Shown here: piece after piece, positions 47,610-61,200 of the stretch
Layout: each line of letters begins with the position of its first letter
Position numbering within the stretch: position 1 is the first letter of the stretch
Assembly (NCBI GenBank): GCA_001724265.1
Contig: MEDY01000256.1
Span: 1 to 64,000 of the forward strand
DNA from: Rhizaria sp. SCN 62-66
Taxonomy: Eukaryota
Direction: 5' to 3'
Length of the DNA stretch: 64,000 nt
The notes under the pieces: generated by a model
What the model was told of the DNA's origin: nothing
The model's input: the letters and a program-made list of their open reading frames with translations, nothing else
The model's database searches: none
Position numbers and translations under genes: made by a program

Positions 47610-48256
47610 GCCCCGCCTAGGAGGGAGGCAACCTTCCTGTCATGCTGTGTCTTGTTGTTCAGTCGCCGAGCTACATCGCGTGACGTGATGCGATGGACAA
47701 GTTCTGACGTGACATTAACCCTTATTGTATTTTATTTATATTCGACGTTTTAAAAAGATTTCTCAACCGTATTACCTATTCTTTTGATTTGTCTGTGCTA
47801 CTCTCGGTTTTATGCCGAATACAAACGTTACTTTGTATCTACTAATTCCGGCGCGCGTGTATATTTGCGCAGTTTCACTTGAAAACGTACGTCACACTTT
47901 GATGTCACACGGTCTTAAGTCTACTACATGCTAGTTTCCGTTGGCGTTCGTTTCATATGAGATTCGCAGATAAGCGCTAAAGTGTGGATTGCGTCGCTGC
48001 TTATTGAGTTGGGGCAGAATAACGCATTGGTACAGAGCTACACTATCGTTCTGTACCGGAGATATTATTCAGAATATATTTTTTATTATTACACTGCATT
48101 ATTATATTTGCAGTGCATACCAATTGACGGATGTTATGATGTAGATCTCACCACTTTTCACTCTCAAACCTGCACTCTTCCGGCTCCCTCGTCATTGTCT
48201 ACTTTCCCTGCGTACCAGCCACGTAAAGCTCATTCCTAAGAATAACGCCGCAGCCA

Positions 48257-48774
48257 ATGAGTAACTTCGGCGGGCCCCCGCGCCCTCCGTTTACCAGCGC
48301 TCCTAGCTCGAACACAGCGACCCCCACAGGCGCCGCAGGCGGCTCGAGCAAGAGGCCCCACGCGCGCCCCGAGCCGCCCCCCGCGTCCGCGTTCCGCGCC
48401 GGTCTCGGCGTGCTGTCGTCCCGCGCGCGGTGCGTGCGCTGCGGGGCGTGGGGCCACAGCTCCGGCGATCGCGGGTGCCCGCTCATGGGCCGCGTCCTGG
48501 CCAGCGAGCAGGACAGGATGCACAAGTACGACCCCATGCGCGGCATCCTCTCTGCACCGACTCACGTACACGTGACTGCGCAGAAAGCACCGAAGCCCGC
48601 GGTTGTCGTGCCGTCGCACTCGCCGCGCGGAAGCTGGGACTTGCCTCCCGCGTACTCCAACCCCACCATAACCGTGAACAACACAAATCCTGCAGCTGCG
48701 GCATCCACACCACGCGCGAATCCGACTGCTCCTGGCGCTGCTGCTGCTGGCGCTGCTGCTGCTGCTGCTGCTGG

Positions 48775-48812
<38 letters not shown>

Positions 48813-50386
48813 GTGGCAGCGGCGGCGGCCCGCGCGCCAAGCTGAGCAAGCAGGAGCGCGAGATGCGGCGCATGGTTGCCTTGCTTAACGCGCCCGCTGA
48901 GCTCACAGTCGCCCCCTCTGCCGCTGCAGGGCCAACTGCCGCAAACAGCATCCTAGCGTCAACCCTAGTGCTAACTGCCGCCGTAGCACCAACTGCTGCA
49001 ACTGCAACTGCGGAGGGTTCGTCGTCATCGCTCAAGCCCACGAGCAGTTTGCAGCCCACAGCCGCGCTGGAGCCCACAGCGCTGGGGCCCACGATTGATC
49101 TGCAGCCTACAGTCATATCGTCGTTGATGCCCACGAACTCGGCCAATGCGCCGCCGACAACACACACGTCAACTGCCACTCTGCAGCAACAACGACCAAC
49201 GAGTGATGGGGCGAGCAGAGCCAGCGTCGTTGCCGCAGTGACTGGCGGGGCAGACGCCACAGTAAACGTGCGCCTTAACGTTGATTTTCACGATGACGCC
49301 GCGAGGAGTGACGACGGCCCCAGCAGCGGTCTCGACGCCGCCGACGACGACAGCGGACCGCCGCCGCTTGAAACAGTCACGCCACGACCGCACGCTGCTC
49401 CCAAAGTCAGGAGGAAAGCGTTTGCGATCACATTTCCGCATAACGAGCGCTCTGCCAGTGGCGACGCGAGCGAGCGCGAGAACGGAGACGCGAACGGCAC
49501 CAGCTCGAGCCACGAGAATGAGGACATGGTCGCTGTAAAGAGCGATGACGCGAGCAGCTCGTTGATACCTGCCTCGAACAACGCAGGTAGCGCCAGTCTC
49601 AGCAGCGCGGCCATGCTTGCTCGCGTCCCTGCCGCGCTGCGCTCTGGCGGCCTTGAGCGCATCATCGCCGCAATGCGCGCGCCCGGCGGCCTGACGTCTG
49701 CGTCGAGCGGCCTGACGCTAGAGGACCTTGAGGCGCTTGCAACGCTCGACGCAGAGACCATGGCCATGCTCATGGCAGGCGCTGGCGCTGGCGCTGGCTA
49801 TGGAGGCAACACTGTCAAGAGTGAAGGTGGGACAATCAACGTTGATAATGGGATGGATCACAGGTCGATAAAGGATCGGAAAGACAAGATAGATAAGAAA
49901 TATAAGAAGGACAAGCGCGGCAGCCGGCACCGAAGACGTCGGAGCGATGGCCGCGATAGTCGTGGCAGCAGCCGCAGCAAGAGTCGCAGCAGCAGCCTTG
50001 ACCGCGATCGTGACCGTGTCCGTGACTGTAACAGTGTCCGTGACCGTGACCGTGACCGTGGTCGTGACAGCAGCAGCCGTGGCCGTGAGCGGAGTGACCG
50101 TGAGCGAAGTGACCGTGAGCGGAGTGACCGTGAGCGTGACCTTGACCGCGATCATCATCGCAGTCGTCGTCACCGCGGCCACAATTACAGTCGCAGCCGA
50201 AGTCGTAGTCCGCGCCGCAACCGTGAGCACGACCGTGATCATGACCGTGAGCGTGAGCGTGAGCGTGAGCGTGATGGAAGTCGTGATAGGAGGAGCCGAC
50301 GCGACAGTGAAAGGGCAGCAGGGCGGGACCGCAGTGATCGGGATAAAAGCGTTCATGGTCCCAGTAACACGAATGAGACGCAGTGA
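48257..50386 (+). CDS. Zinc-knuckle plus RS/RD-rich protein, RP9(PAP-1)/CIR-like putative splicing factor (709 aa)
   Basis: CVRCGAWGHSSGDRGCP knuckle followed by EQDR...DPM; C-terminal K-rich and RD/RS dipeptide repeats. Confidence 0.68.
50001..50275 (+). repeat. Coding GACCGT/GAGCGT hexamer repeats (RD/RE/RS tract), including a 15-nt unit repeated about three times
   Basis: gaccgtgaccgt..., cgtgagcggagtgac-type units at about 50083-50127, gagcgt run at about 50250-50272. Confidence 0.75.
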
Positions 50387-50742
50387 CATAAACGCGCCAT
50401 GATGAGTTATTTAGCAACCATTACTTAGACATTTTCATAAAACAACTCGATGATTCAATTCCCATTTCAAAAGTTATCTGTGTACTTTTTGCTTTGTGAA
50501 TGCAAACTTGATGCGGCCCGAACACAGTGTGCGCACAACAATGAGAGCGGATTTAGTGGGCAAGACTAAATAACCAGTCCGTGTATTGACGTCGATCAGC
50601 TGATCGTACAAAAAACTTAATTGATTCAATGTCGTGGGCTCACAGTCATTCGTGAGCTTCGACGCTTAACTTATTACACAGCACGAACTAAGGTAACACG
50701 ACAGCATGATAGCAGAAACACCACAGCTGTGAATCAAGGCTC

Positions 50743-51834
50743 TCACTTGCTCTCGCCCTTCTTCTTCTCCTCGTTGCTTTTCACCAGCTTCGCGATCGGG
50801 CTCTCGCGCGCCCACGACGCCTCCTTGCCGGCCTCCGCCGCGGCAGCGGCGATCCCCGCGACGCTGTCCTGCGCGTCCGTGCTCAGCACGACGGGCCTGT
50901 TGCCGTACGCGGGCTTGGCGCCGTAGAGCCCATGCGCGCGCGCGTAGTCGGCAACGGCATCGGGCGTGAGAAAGCGCGTCGACAGCCCGGCCGAAAGCTG
51001 GTTGCGCACGAGCGTGCTGGAGATGTCGTTCGTCACGCGTGGCTCGCACACGTGGATCATCTCGGCGTGCTTCGCGAACAGCGGCGTCGAGGCGATCAGC
51101 CGGCGCGTGTCGGCGCCGACGCGCTCGCTGACAACAACGCCGAACTCACCCAGGATGGCCTCCATGTCGTCCTCGGCCCACAGCCCCGGGACCAGCATCG
51201 ATTCGAGCACGTCCGCGCCCATCACCAGTTTCACCCGCGCACCGCCGTGGGCCGCGTAAAGCCCCGACTTGTCGACGGCGGCCTGGTAGGCGGCGAGCAC
51301 GCGGCGCGTGGGTGTCCAGCCGGGCTGGCGCAGTTCCCAGTCGGCGACGGCGACCCAGGGCGAGTCGGCGGTGGCGAGGCGTGCCATGGCGAGCCGGTGC
51401 GGCGCCGGGACCAGGCTGGCCTTGCCGTACGCGTCGTGCACGGGCGAGACGATGCCGCCGACAACCTCCCAGCGCGCGGAAAGCTTCGTCAGGTCGTCGC
51501 GCATCGTCTCAAAGAGAAGGAGGTGCATGTTGGTGATGGGGGAGAAAGACCCGCACTCAATGAGGATGACCTTGGTAGGCAGCGACGGCTCCGTCGGAAT
51601 TTGCAGTTTCTCGAGCGGGAAGCCGTTGAAACTCACATCAGGAGCGCGGGCAGTGTCAGGAAAATGCGCTGCCAGGTCGGCAGCGTTGATAAGCGCGGGG
51701 GACGTCTTCGACGGCGGAGCAGACGCGAGTGAGACGGTGGTGCTGAAGGCGGCCGTGGTGGCGGTGGCAGCGCTCAGGGAGAGGCCGAGGTTGCGCGCCA
51801 GAGGGGAGGTCTTACGCCAAAGAGAGCGCAACAT
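50743..51834 (-). CDS. NMNAT: Nicotinamide/nicotinate mononucleotide adenylyltransferase, probably organelle-targeted (about 363 aa)
   Basis: CGSFSPITNMH, SPVHDAYGK, HRLAM, WE, GADVLES, ISSTLVR, HGLY motifs; presequence-like MLRSLWRKTSPLAR. Confidence 0.95.
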   Translation of the reverse strand: MLRSLWRKTSPLARNLGLSLSAATATTAAFSTTVSLASAPPSKTSPALINAADLAAHFPDTARAPDVSFNGFPLEKLQIPTEPSLPTKVILIECGSFSPITNMHLLLFETMRDDLTKLSARWEVVGGIVSPVHDAYGKASLVPAPHRLAMARLATADSPWVAVADWELRQPGWTPTRRVLAAYQAAVDKSGLYAAHGGARVKLVMGADVLESMLVPGLWAEDDMEAILGEFGVVVSERVGADTRRLIASTPLFAKHAEMIHVCEPRVTNDISSTLVRNQLSAGLSTRFLTPDAVADYARAHGLYGAKPAYGNRPVVLSTDAQDSVAGIAAAAAEAGKEASWARESPIAKLVKSNEEKKKGESK

Positions 51835-52144
51835 TTTTGTGTAAAAAATACAAGCTATCACAGACAGTAGCTGGCAGTGCTTTGCACGGGGTTTGACGAT
51901 CAAATGACGCGACGCAAAGAAAACGAATGAACTGGGCTGCCAAGATTTCTGGCGCGCCAGTGGGGGGTGGGCCGTGAATCTTGCCTGCGAATTCGAAAAT
52001 GAGCCACAGATCTTGACCGTCAATGCATTTCTCGCAGGCAAATCCGTTTTCTCCCCACATTGTCATTTATTTGAGTTTAATTCTGACGCCAATTGTACCT
52101 AATTTCCGTGCTCTGCCTCTACTTTTTCTTCCTCTCAACAGGCC

Positions 52145-54732
52145 ATGTCGCAGCCACAGCCGCACTGGCCATCGTCAGGCCCCAATCAACCACCTTCTGG
52201 TCCCTCTTACCCACGAAACTCTGCTCCGATGCCAAGCACTGGCGACAACACTATGCCTAGCTACCCTACTGGTCCTGGCTATGACCAGTTTGCCAATTTC
52301 GGAGCCCCGGCATCGGTGCCCTTCGGCACTCCGAACGCCAACTCTAGCGCTGCCTCTGCCTCCGCTGGTCCCATTGGCCCCGGCGGCTCCGGCTACGGCG
52401 GCTACTACGGCGGCAGCGACGGCGGCTATTCGATGAACGGGCCTCAGTTTCCGTACCCATCACAGTCGCAGTTCAACCCCGCTAACCACGCTGGAGGCAC
52501 CTTCAGCAACAACATGACCAACAACATGGGCATGGGAAGCAACACGCTGCCCCCCGGCGGTGCCGCGAGCGGTGCCGGCTACGGCTACCCGACTCCCTAC
52601 TCTGCGCCGCTGACGGGCTACAGCTATGGCGCCGGCGGGCCCGAGAGCAGTGCCGTGTATGCCGACAACTCGGCTGGCGGCGTGGACGCCAGCAGCAGCA
52701 CCGCGGGCGCCGGCGGGTACGTCGACTTCAGCTACAACGGCGGCATGGGCCTGGGCCTGGGCGCGGGCGGCGACGCCGGCGACGCGGGCGGCTTCTATGG
52801 CGACACCCGCAGCGTTAACATCGACGGCGGCATGGGCCCGCCCGGCTCCTACAGCCAGCCTGGTTACGGAGGGGGCCAGTCGGGGTACCAGTCGGGCTAC
52901 CAGTCAGGCTACTACGGCGGACAGACTGGCTACGGCGCACAGCCCGGGTATGGTTTTCCTATGCCGCCCAGCGCACACTCCACGCAAGCCGACCAGCAGT
53001 ACCCACAACAGCAGCAGGCAGGCGGCGTCGGCCACAGCCAGAGCCAGAGCCAGAGCCAGGGTCAGGGCCAGGGCCATGAGGGCAGTCAGGGTTTCCCCTA
53101 CCCCGCAGGCTCGCTCGCGGGCTCCGGCGCCAGCTTTGACTCGAGCGCCGGCTCATTCCCCCCGTACTCGGGTCCCGACCGGCAGCAGGCGCAGCAGGCG
53201 CAGCAGAGCTTCGGCTACGGCGGCTACCACGGCTACCCCAGCCCCGACCAGCTTCAGTTCCAGCAGCAGCAGCAGCAGCAGGGGCCGCAGCAGCAGGGCG
53301 GGTACCAAACCTTCCCCGGCCCTGGCTTTGGCCCCGGCGCGGGCCCCGGGCCCGGCTACGGCGGGGGCTACGGCTTTCCCGCCGGCAGCGGCCCTAGCGG
53401 CCCGTCCATGGGCATGGACATGGGCATGGGCGGCCCCGGCTACGGCCCCAGCGGTGAATACGGCGGCTACGGCAGTGGCGGCGGCGGCTACGGCGGCGGC
53501 GGCTACGGCGGCGGCGAGGGGATGCCGCAGCTGGACGCGGGCTACGGGGGGTACGTGTACGACGGCGACGGCGACGGTGACGACGACGACGACGATGACG
53601 ACTTCGGCGTCGCGCGCGGCCTCAGCGAATACCAGCTCATGCTCATTGCCGCCGAGCAGGCCGAGGCGCTTGCCACCTCCGTCGCTGCCGCCGCCGCCGC
53701 CGCCGCGGCAGAAGGGCGCGCCGACGCCGAGGCCGCACGCGCCGCCGCGGCCGAGGCCAAGGCGGCGGCCGAGAAGCTGGCGGCGCTGGAGAAGCAGCGC
53801 GGGCGGCGCCAGGCCGTGTTGATTGAGGAGGACCTCGCGGCCGGACTGGGGCGGACGCCCATGGCGCCCGTGCTGCGCATCGACCTCTCGAGCAGGGCGC
53901 CGCGCGAGGTGTTAGGTACGACGCGAGAATGCGCAAGGTTTTATCAATCTAATGTCTACTTTGCATTGTTGAGTGTTATATTTTTGATATGATATATCGT
54001 TTCGATTCTTGATATGAATATTTTTCATTCTCATCATTTTTTTTTATTCTCTTGATTCTTCTTGTTTCTATCTTTTCAGCCGCGCTGGAGCGCGAGTGCA
54101 CGTCGCTAAAGCGTCTGCAGCACCTGTACGCATCTGAGCGCGGGACGCTGGTGCGTGAGGAGGCCGTGCTGCTGCACATGCTGCAGCTGACGGACCCCGC
54201 GGGCAACCATGTCGCGGCCGTCTCGGCGCAGGTCGCCGCCGCCGCCGCAGTCCGTGCGCGCGCGCGGGAGACCCGCGCAGCTGCCTTCGAGCGCGAGGGC
54301 GCAGCGCTGTCGTACTTCAACCCGGCCTACGCGTCGCCGCTGGCCGGCGAGGGTGAGGCCGAGGCCGCGGCGCTGGCCGCGGCGGCCGTGGCTGAGGCGC
54401 CCGACGGGAAGCACTCGCTCGAGAGCGCGCTCGCGGCGAGGGCTATGGACCTGGCTGCCGCAGGCGCTGACGACGGGGCAGCGGCGGCCGCACCACAGGG
54501 GCACTATCAGCCGTACCAGCAGTATCCACAGGGACAGGGCGGCCAGTCTCAAGGACAGCAGCAACAGCAGCAGGGGCAGGGTGCGAGCGAGCCGAGCCAG
54601 GGCGCGGGCGGGTTCGCAAGCATCGGAGACCTGCTGCGCGCGTCGCAGTACGGCCAGCGCGGCGGCGGCGGTGGGAACTTCAACAACAACGGTGGCAACA
54701 ACAATGACAATCATCATGATGACGTGCAGTGA
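52145..54732 (+). CDS. G/Y/Q/S-rich low-complexity protein with a short SNAPC5-like helix (about 807 aa); exons 52145-53915 and 54080-54732
   Basis: Intron GTACGA...TTCAG joins the two ORFs in frame; junction reads VLAALERECTSLKRLQHLYASERGTLVREEAVLLHML. Gene is well supported, family call is tentative. Confidence 0.7.
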
Positions 54733-55286
54733 TAAGACCGCTGTGTCCCGTCATGTTGACAACAAACATATTATTTGCAGAATCCGTTGGGCCAATCAAA
54801 CATCACCTTGACTCCACATACAACGACAAACAATTCGGTGTTTACTTTATTTGATCTGAGTGCTTATTGCAAAGCAACAACAATCATGACAATTTATGTC
54901 ATAGTTTCATGAGCGTCTCAGCGACGAGCGCGGCGGCCGACTCGACCTGCATCGCGTGTTCCGCCTCGCCCGGCGCGGGCGACGTTAACTAGTAGAAGGA
55001 AAAACAATTGTTGCTGTATGATAGGTTGATTATTTTTTCACTTACATGTATATTTTCTGTGGGGCGATCGCGATTCAACACATGTCGCTCAATTCAAGTT
55101 ATATTCACTGTACAATCCGACATGCACTCACACTTATACTACGCCTCACTTACACATTTTCATCATATGACAACATCAGAGCGCTATCGAAACACACACA
55201 AGCTACCGAGTGAACCTCAAGTACAGCTGTGCTTTTGTTCGACCACGCTTGCAATTGTTACTGGATGTCATGAGTTTGAAGCAAGT

Positions 55287-58200
55287 TTAGCGGGTGCCGA
55301 TGTCGTCAAAGCCGACGTATCCATCGTCGTAGTCGCCCCCCTCGTACACCCCGTCCCCGTTGAGGCCCCCGAGGCCGTAGCCCATGCCCAGCGTCGACTG
55401 GCCAAGGCCGGCAGAGGTGTGGCCGTGGCCGTGAGCGCTGGACGAGTGACCGTGAGCAGAGGGCGCAAACCCGCCGAGACCAAGGCCAAAGCCAGCAGTA
55501 CTGGTGGCATCAGACGCGGCAGTGTTCGCGCTCGACTTCGCGCTCTTCAGAAAGGACTTGCGAGCGTGCACGCCGGTGTCCACGTTGGCCTCATCGTCAG
55601 CAACATGAGTGTTGTTACTGTGCGTGCTCGCGTGCACGGTGGCGTTGTTGTTGGCAAGAGAACCGGCCTCGGTGACCGCGGTCAGGTCAAGGTCGTCATC
55701 GAACTCCTTGTGAGCGTTGCCGCGGCTGTTCGTGTTCGTCTGCTTATGCGTGTTGGCAATGTTGTAATCAGCCTGTGACATGATCGTGTCGTCCATCATC
55801 GCACCACTGTCCGCACCGTGTGCCCTGTCGTGGTCCTCATGCTCGGCGCCGTTCGCGCCCTCGGCGCCTTCGACGCCCTCGTCGGCGACGGCGGCGATGG
55901 CCCGCTTGGCGAGCCGGCGGAGCTTGCGCGCCTCGCGCATCACGCTCTGGACCAGCTCCGTGCGCTCCTGCTCGGCGCGCAGCAGCTGCTCAACGAGGAT
56001 TTTGCGCTCGCGCAGCCGCATCTCGAGCTCGCTCTTGACCGCGAGCAGCAGCTGGCCCTCGCTCGTCTCCCACCGCTCCGCCACGCCCACACGCGCCACC
56101 ATAGAGCCGTCCTCCTCAGCCAGCTCCATCACGGCGTCCAGCCGCGCCAGCACCGCGCAGTGCAGCAGGTCCTCGGCCGCGCGCGCCTCCAGGCTCGCCG
56201 CCGTCTCAGTCGCCACGACCGCGACGGGGCGCACGTTGTCGACGTCAACGTCGCCGTCGCCGTCCCCGGCGCCGTCGCCGCGGCGGCCAGTCGAACTAAA
56301 CGTCGCCGTCGCAGCGGCGGCGGCCGCGGGCGCCAGCGTCGTCGCCGCGGCCACAAACGTCGCTGGCGGAAGCTTCGCCGCGAGCGCGAGTGCGAGGTCG
56401 CGGCGGCCGGCGACAGCGCCGCGCAGCCGCGAGACAGCGGCCTCCGCCGCGGCCGCGCGCGCCTCAGCGGCCACTTTGGCCTTGGCGTGCGCCGCCGCGG
56501 CGCGCTTTGCGTCGTCAGCAACCTCGGCGGCGTGCGCGGCCTCGGCGCGAGCCGTGGCGGCGTCGGCCGAGAGCGCCTGCTCGCGCTGCAGCAGTCGGCG
56601 GCCGGCCTCGGCCTCGGTCGCCGCCATCGCGTCGCCGTGGTCCGCCTCAGCGCGCTCCAGCGCGGCACGGGCCTCGGCAGCCGCCTCCCCGGCCGCGGCG
56701 AGGCGCTCAGTGACGGCGGCCAGCTCGACCGCGTGCGCAGCCCGGACTGCGGCGAGTTCCTCGTTCTTAGCCTCGGCCAGCGACGACTCGAGCGTGAGCG
56801 CCTGGGCGCGCGCCTCAGCCTCGGCCAGCTGCAGCCGCTGCTGCGCCTCCGCCGCGGCCTGCTCGGCCTCGGCCAGCCGCGTCTCGAGCGCGGCGGCGTG
56901 GGCGCGCGCGTCGGCCAGCTCGGCGCGGTCGAGCGCGCGCGTAGCCTCGACCTCGGCGCCTACGCCCGCCACGCGCGCGTCGGCCGCGGCGCGCGCGGCC
57001 TCGGCTTCGGCCAGCAGCTCGATTTCGCGCGCGCGGGCCTCGGCGCGGAAGCCCTCGAGCGCAACGGCCAGCTCACGCGCCCGCGCGTGGCCCTCCTCGG
57101 CGGCGGCGGACGCGGCGCCCGCGGCGGCGGCGCGCGCGGCGGCGAGCTCGGTCGAGTGTGCCACCGCGGCGGCCTCAGCGGCCTCAGTAGCGGCACCGGC
57201 CGCTGCAAGGGCGGTGGCGCGCTCGGTCTCGGCCGCCGCACGCGCAGCGCGGGCCTCAGCCGCCTGCTCAGCGGCAGTGGCGGTTGCGGCAGCGGACTCG
57301 GCGACGCTGGCTTCGGCGGCAGCAGCGCGCTCCTCGGCGGCCGCAGCCGCAGCATCGGCGGCGTCAGCGCGCGCCTCGGCAGCACTGACCTGCGCGAGTG
57401 CGGCGGCCAGAGCCTGTGCGGACTCGTCTCCACCGGCAGCAGCGGCCTCGGCGGCGGCGGTCGCGGCGGCGCGCGCCTCGTCGGCGGCAGCCTCTGCCGT
57501 CGCCTTTGCAGCCTCGGCCTCAGCCTGAGCGGTCTCAGCCACCGTCTTGGCGATAGTTGCCTCGGCAGCGGCGACCTCAGCGGCAGCCGCGCGAGACTCC
57601 GCAGCATGAGCCTTCGCGGCAGCCTCAGCGGCAGCCTCGTTCGCAGTGGCAGCCGCAGCCTCAACCTCAGCGCGCGCCGCGTCGGCGTCGACCCGGGCGG
57701 TCTCCGCGGCGGCCAACGCCTCGTTGCCGGCCACGAGCGCCTCCTCGGCCACACTGCGCGCTCTCTCGGCCGCAGAAGCCTTGGCCTCCGCAGCAGCAAG
57801 CGCGCTCGTAGCGGCCGCGAGCGCGCTCTGTGCCTCGGCCACCTCGGCCTGCGTGGCCGCGAGCGTCGCCTGCGCCTCGGCGAGGCCGCTCTCGGCGGCG
57901 GCACGCGCGGTCTCCTCGGCGTCGAAGCGCGCCATGAGCTCCTGCAGCTGCCCGCGGTAACGCTCCGTCTTGCCCGCCGCCTTAGCCGCTGCGGCCTCGG
58001 CGGCGGCCAGTGAGGCCTCCGCGGTCGCCAGCGAGGCCTCCAGCGCAGTCACCGCGGCCGACTGCTCCGCGCCAGTGGTCTCGGCCGTCGCAGCGGCGGC
58101 TGTGACGGCGGCGCGCGCCTCGGCCTGCGCAGTGGCCAGGGCGGCCTGAGCACGCTCGGCCTCAGCCTTGGCCTCCATAGCCTCGGCCTTGGCAGCGTCA

Positions 58201-61200
58201 GCATCGGCCTTGGCAGCGTCAGCCTCGGCCTTGGCAGCCTCAGCATCAGCCTGAACAGCCGCGATTCCGGCCTTAGCAGATTCCGCCACAGCCTTCGCAG
58301 CGTCAGCCTCGGCCTTCGCTGACTCAGCAACAACCTTGGCGTCCTCTGCGTCGCTCTCGGCCTCCGCCAGCCTGACCTCGCTCGCAGCCACCGCGGCCTC
58401 GGCCTCGGCGCGCGCCGTCGTCGCCGCAGCGGCCGCGGCCTCGGCGGCCTCAGCGCGCGCAACGGCGGCCGCGGCGCGGTCCTCGGCGGCGACTACACTC
58501 GCTGCCGCAGTGGTCGCGGCCGCGGCGTCCCCGTCGGCGGCGGCCACGGCGGCGGCCAACGCGGCGGCGTGTGCCTGCTCGGCCGCGGCAGCGGCGGAGT
58601 GCGCGCTCTGGAGCCCGTTGCGGGCGAGCTCGAGCTCGGCGCGGACGCCCGTCAGCTCGGTCTGCGCACCGCTGAGCTCAGTCTTGACGCCATCGAGCTC
58701 TGCCTTGACGCCGCTGAGCTCCTCATGAGTGCCCGAGAGCTGAGTCTTGACGCCGTCACGTTCAGCCTTTACACCGTCAAGCTCGGTCTTGACACCGGCG
58801 AGCTCAGCGAGTGCACCATCGCGATCGGCAAACGCGCCATCCCGCTCCGCGACGACACCGTCGCGCTCCGCCAGCGCGCCGTCCCGCTCTTTGTGCGCAC
58901 CGGCGAGCCCAGTGTGCGCACCGTCGAGCTCAAGTCGCACCGCGGACAGCTCGGCGCGCACCGTTAACAGATCGGCGCTGACCATAGAGAGGTTGGCGCG
59001 GGCAGTGGAGAGCTCAGTGCGCGTGGAGGCGAGCTCCTCCTGGGCCACGACGAGCTCAGCCAGTGTGGCGCTACTGTTATCGATCGTCGCGGCTGCGAGC
59101 TGCGCCTTGAGGGCGTCGGCCTCGGACTTAGCAGCCTCAGCGTCAATCTTGAATGCAGCGGCCTCAGTCTTCACGCGAGCAAGCTCGCTGTTCGCCGTCT
59201 CGACCTCATCCTTGGCAGCCTCGGCGTCGCGCAAGGCCGCTTCGGCCTTGCTCACAGCGGCCTCAGCCTTGTTCTCAGCAGCCTCAGCCTTGCGGTTCGC
59301 GGCCTCAGCCTCGTCCTTGGCGAACTCGGCGTCCTTGAGCGCCGTCTCGAGCGCGTCGTGCACCGAGTCGGCGGCGTCCCGGGCCGCGGCGACGCTCTTG
59401 GCGCGCTCCTCGGCGAGCTGGCCCTCGAGCTCGGCCACGGTGCGCCCGATCGCGCGCACGCTCTGCCGCACGTCGCCGCCGTCCCCGTCCAGCGACGGCG
59501 TCGTCGGTAGCGACACCGGTGCGACCACAGCGCCTGCACCAGGGCGGGCCGCGGCTGCGGTGGCGGCTGCAGCGGCCGTGGCGGCCTCGGCGGCGGCGGC
59601 GGCGACCTCAGCGCGCGTCTCGGCGTCGGCAGCGCGTGTGGCGGCGGCGCTGAGCTCGTTGCGCAGCGCAGCCTTGTCGGCGCGGTGGCGCTCGCACTCG
59701 GTCCGCAGCCGCGACAGGGCCTCGGCGTCGTCATGCTTCGCCGCGTCGGCAGACTCGCGCAGGGCCGCGAGCTCGGTCTTAAGGCGCGCGACCTCGCCGC
59801 TGGTGCTGGCGCTGCTGTCACTGCGCTGCAGCTGCATCTGCTGCATTTGCTGCATCTGCTGCTGCTGCGCGACGACAGTGGCCTGCGTGGTGACGGCGAG
59901 CGCGTTGGCGGCCGTGGCAGCCTCCTCGAGCTTGGCGTTGCGCGTCTGCAGGTCATCCACCAGCCCCTTGGCCTGTGACAGTGCGGCGCGGAACTTGGCC
60001 TCCTGCGTCTCCAGCGCCGCCACACGCGCGCGCAGCGCCTCGGTCGCTTCGTTACTGGTCGCATTGTCGTTGCCGTTGCCGTTCATGAGGAGCGAGCTGA
60101 GCCCGGCGCTGGCGCTGGCCTCGGTGCCGCTCTGCCGCTCGCGGTCCTCGAGCGCCAGCTCGCGCCGCTCCAGCTCGGCCTCGATGCGCCGGATGCGCGC
60201 GCGCTCCTGCTCACGCTCGCGCTGCTGCCGCGCCGCCGCGTCCGCCGCGGGCCCCGCCGCCTGCTGCCGCAACGTGTCAGCCTCGGCGAGCGCGTCGGCG
60301 ACCTCGAGCTGCATCGCACACACGAGCTCCTCGCGCGCGCTGAGCGAGTCGCGCAACTCCAGCACCAGTTCCTGCAGCCCCTGCGCGTCGCGCCGGGCCG
60401 CCACGCGCTCACGCCGCAGCCGCCGCACGCGCTGCGCCGCGCGCACCAGCATCGCGTCGGGGCCGCCGCCGTCCGAGTTGCTGCGGGGGCCGAGAGACGG
60501 TGACGCTGATGAGGATGAAGTTGAGGATTTGGCGTGCGATGTGACCACAAGCGCGAGAAGCGCGGCGTCGAGCGCGGCGGCCTCGTCGTCGTCGTCCTCG
60601 TCGCGGCCCTCCTCCGCCGCCGCGGCCGCCGCGGCTTCGGCCTCGGACCCGGCTGAGGGCGCCAGCAGCCTGTGGCGCGCCGCGGCGACTGCGGCCAGCT
60701 GCGCGGCGACGGTGCTGCGGAGACGGGCCACAGTGGACACGGCCGAGGGGGCCGCAAACTGGCCGCGCGCCTCCGACTCGCCTTTGTCGTCCTTCGAGGC
60801 GCCGCCCGCGGGCTTCTGAGAGCTGCTGCTAGTGCTCGAGCCGAGGCCGGAGGCGGAGACGGAGCTGGAGCTCGAGGCGGCAGTGAACGAGAGCCGGCGA
60901 GTCGTCTGGTCACCCTTGCTGCCGTTCGCCGCATTGCCACCGCGCGCGGGCGGGAGCGCGGCGTTGGCGTTGCTCTCACCGCTGCTGTTCACGGGCGTCG
61001 CTGCCGTTGCCGTTGCTACGGAGCGAAAGCCCCAGCCTGAGAAGCTGAGCACCGAGGTGACCGACTCGATTGCGGCGGAGGCGCGCGCCAGCGCCCACGG
61101 CGTGCTCACACTGGTGCTGGCGCCGGAGCCGGAGCTCGCGCCCTCGGCGGCGGCAGCAGAGGGGCCGTCGTGGCCCCCGGCTGCGCTGTGGGCCGAGGGC

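Noticed and set aside
55780-60819. Long antisense or alternate-frame ORFs (e.g. 55780-57528, 55818-58013, 58747-60819; also 11608-14355, 29752-31632)
   Set aside because: Shadows of GC-rich, Ala-rich real genes; stop codons are rare in such sequence and the translations are S/A/R low-complexity.
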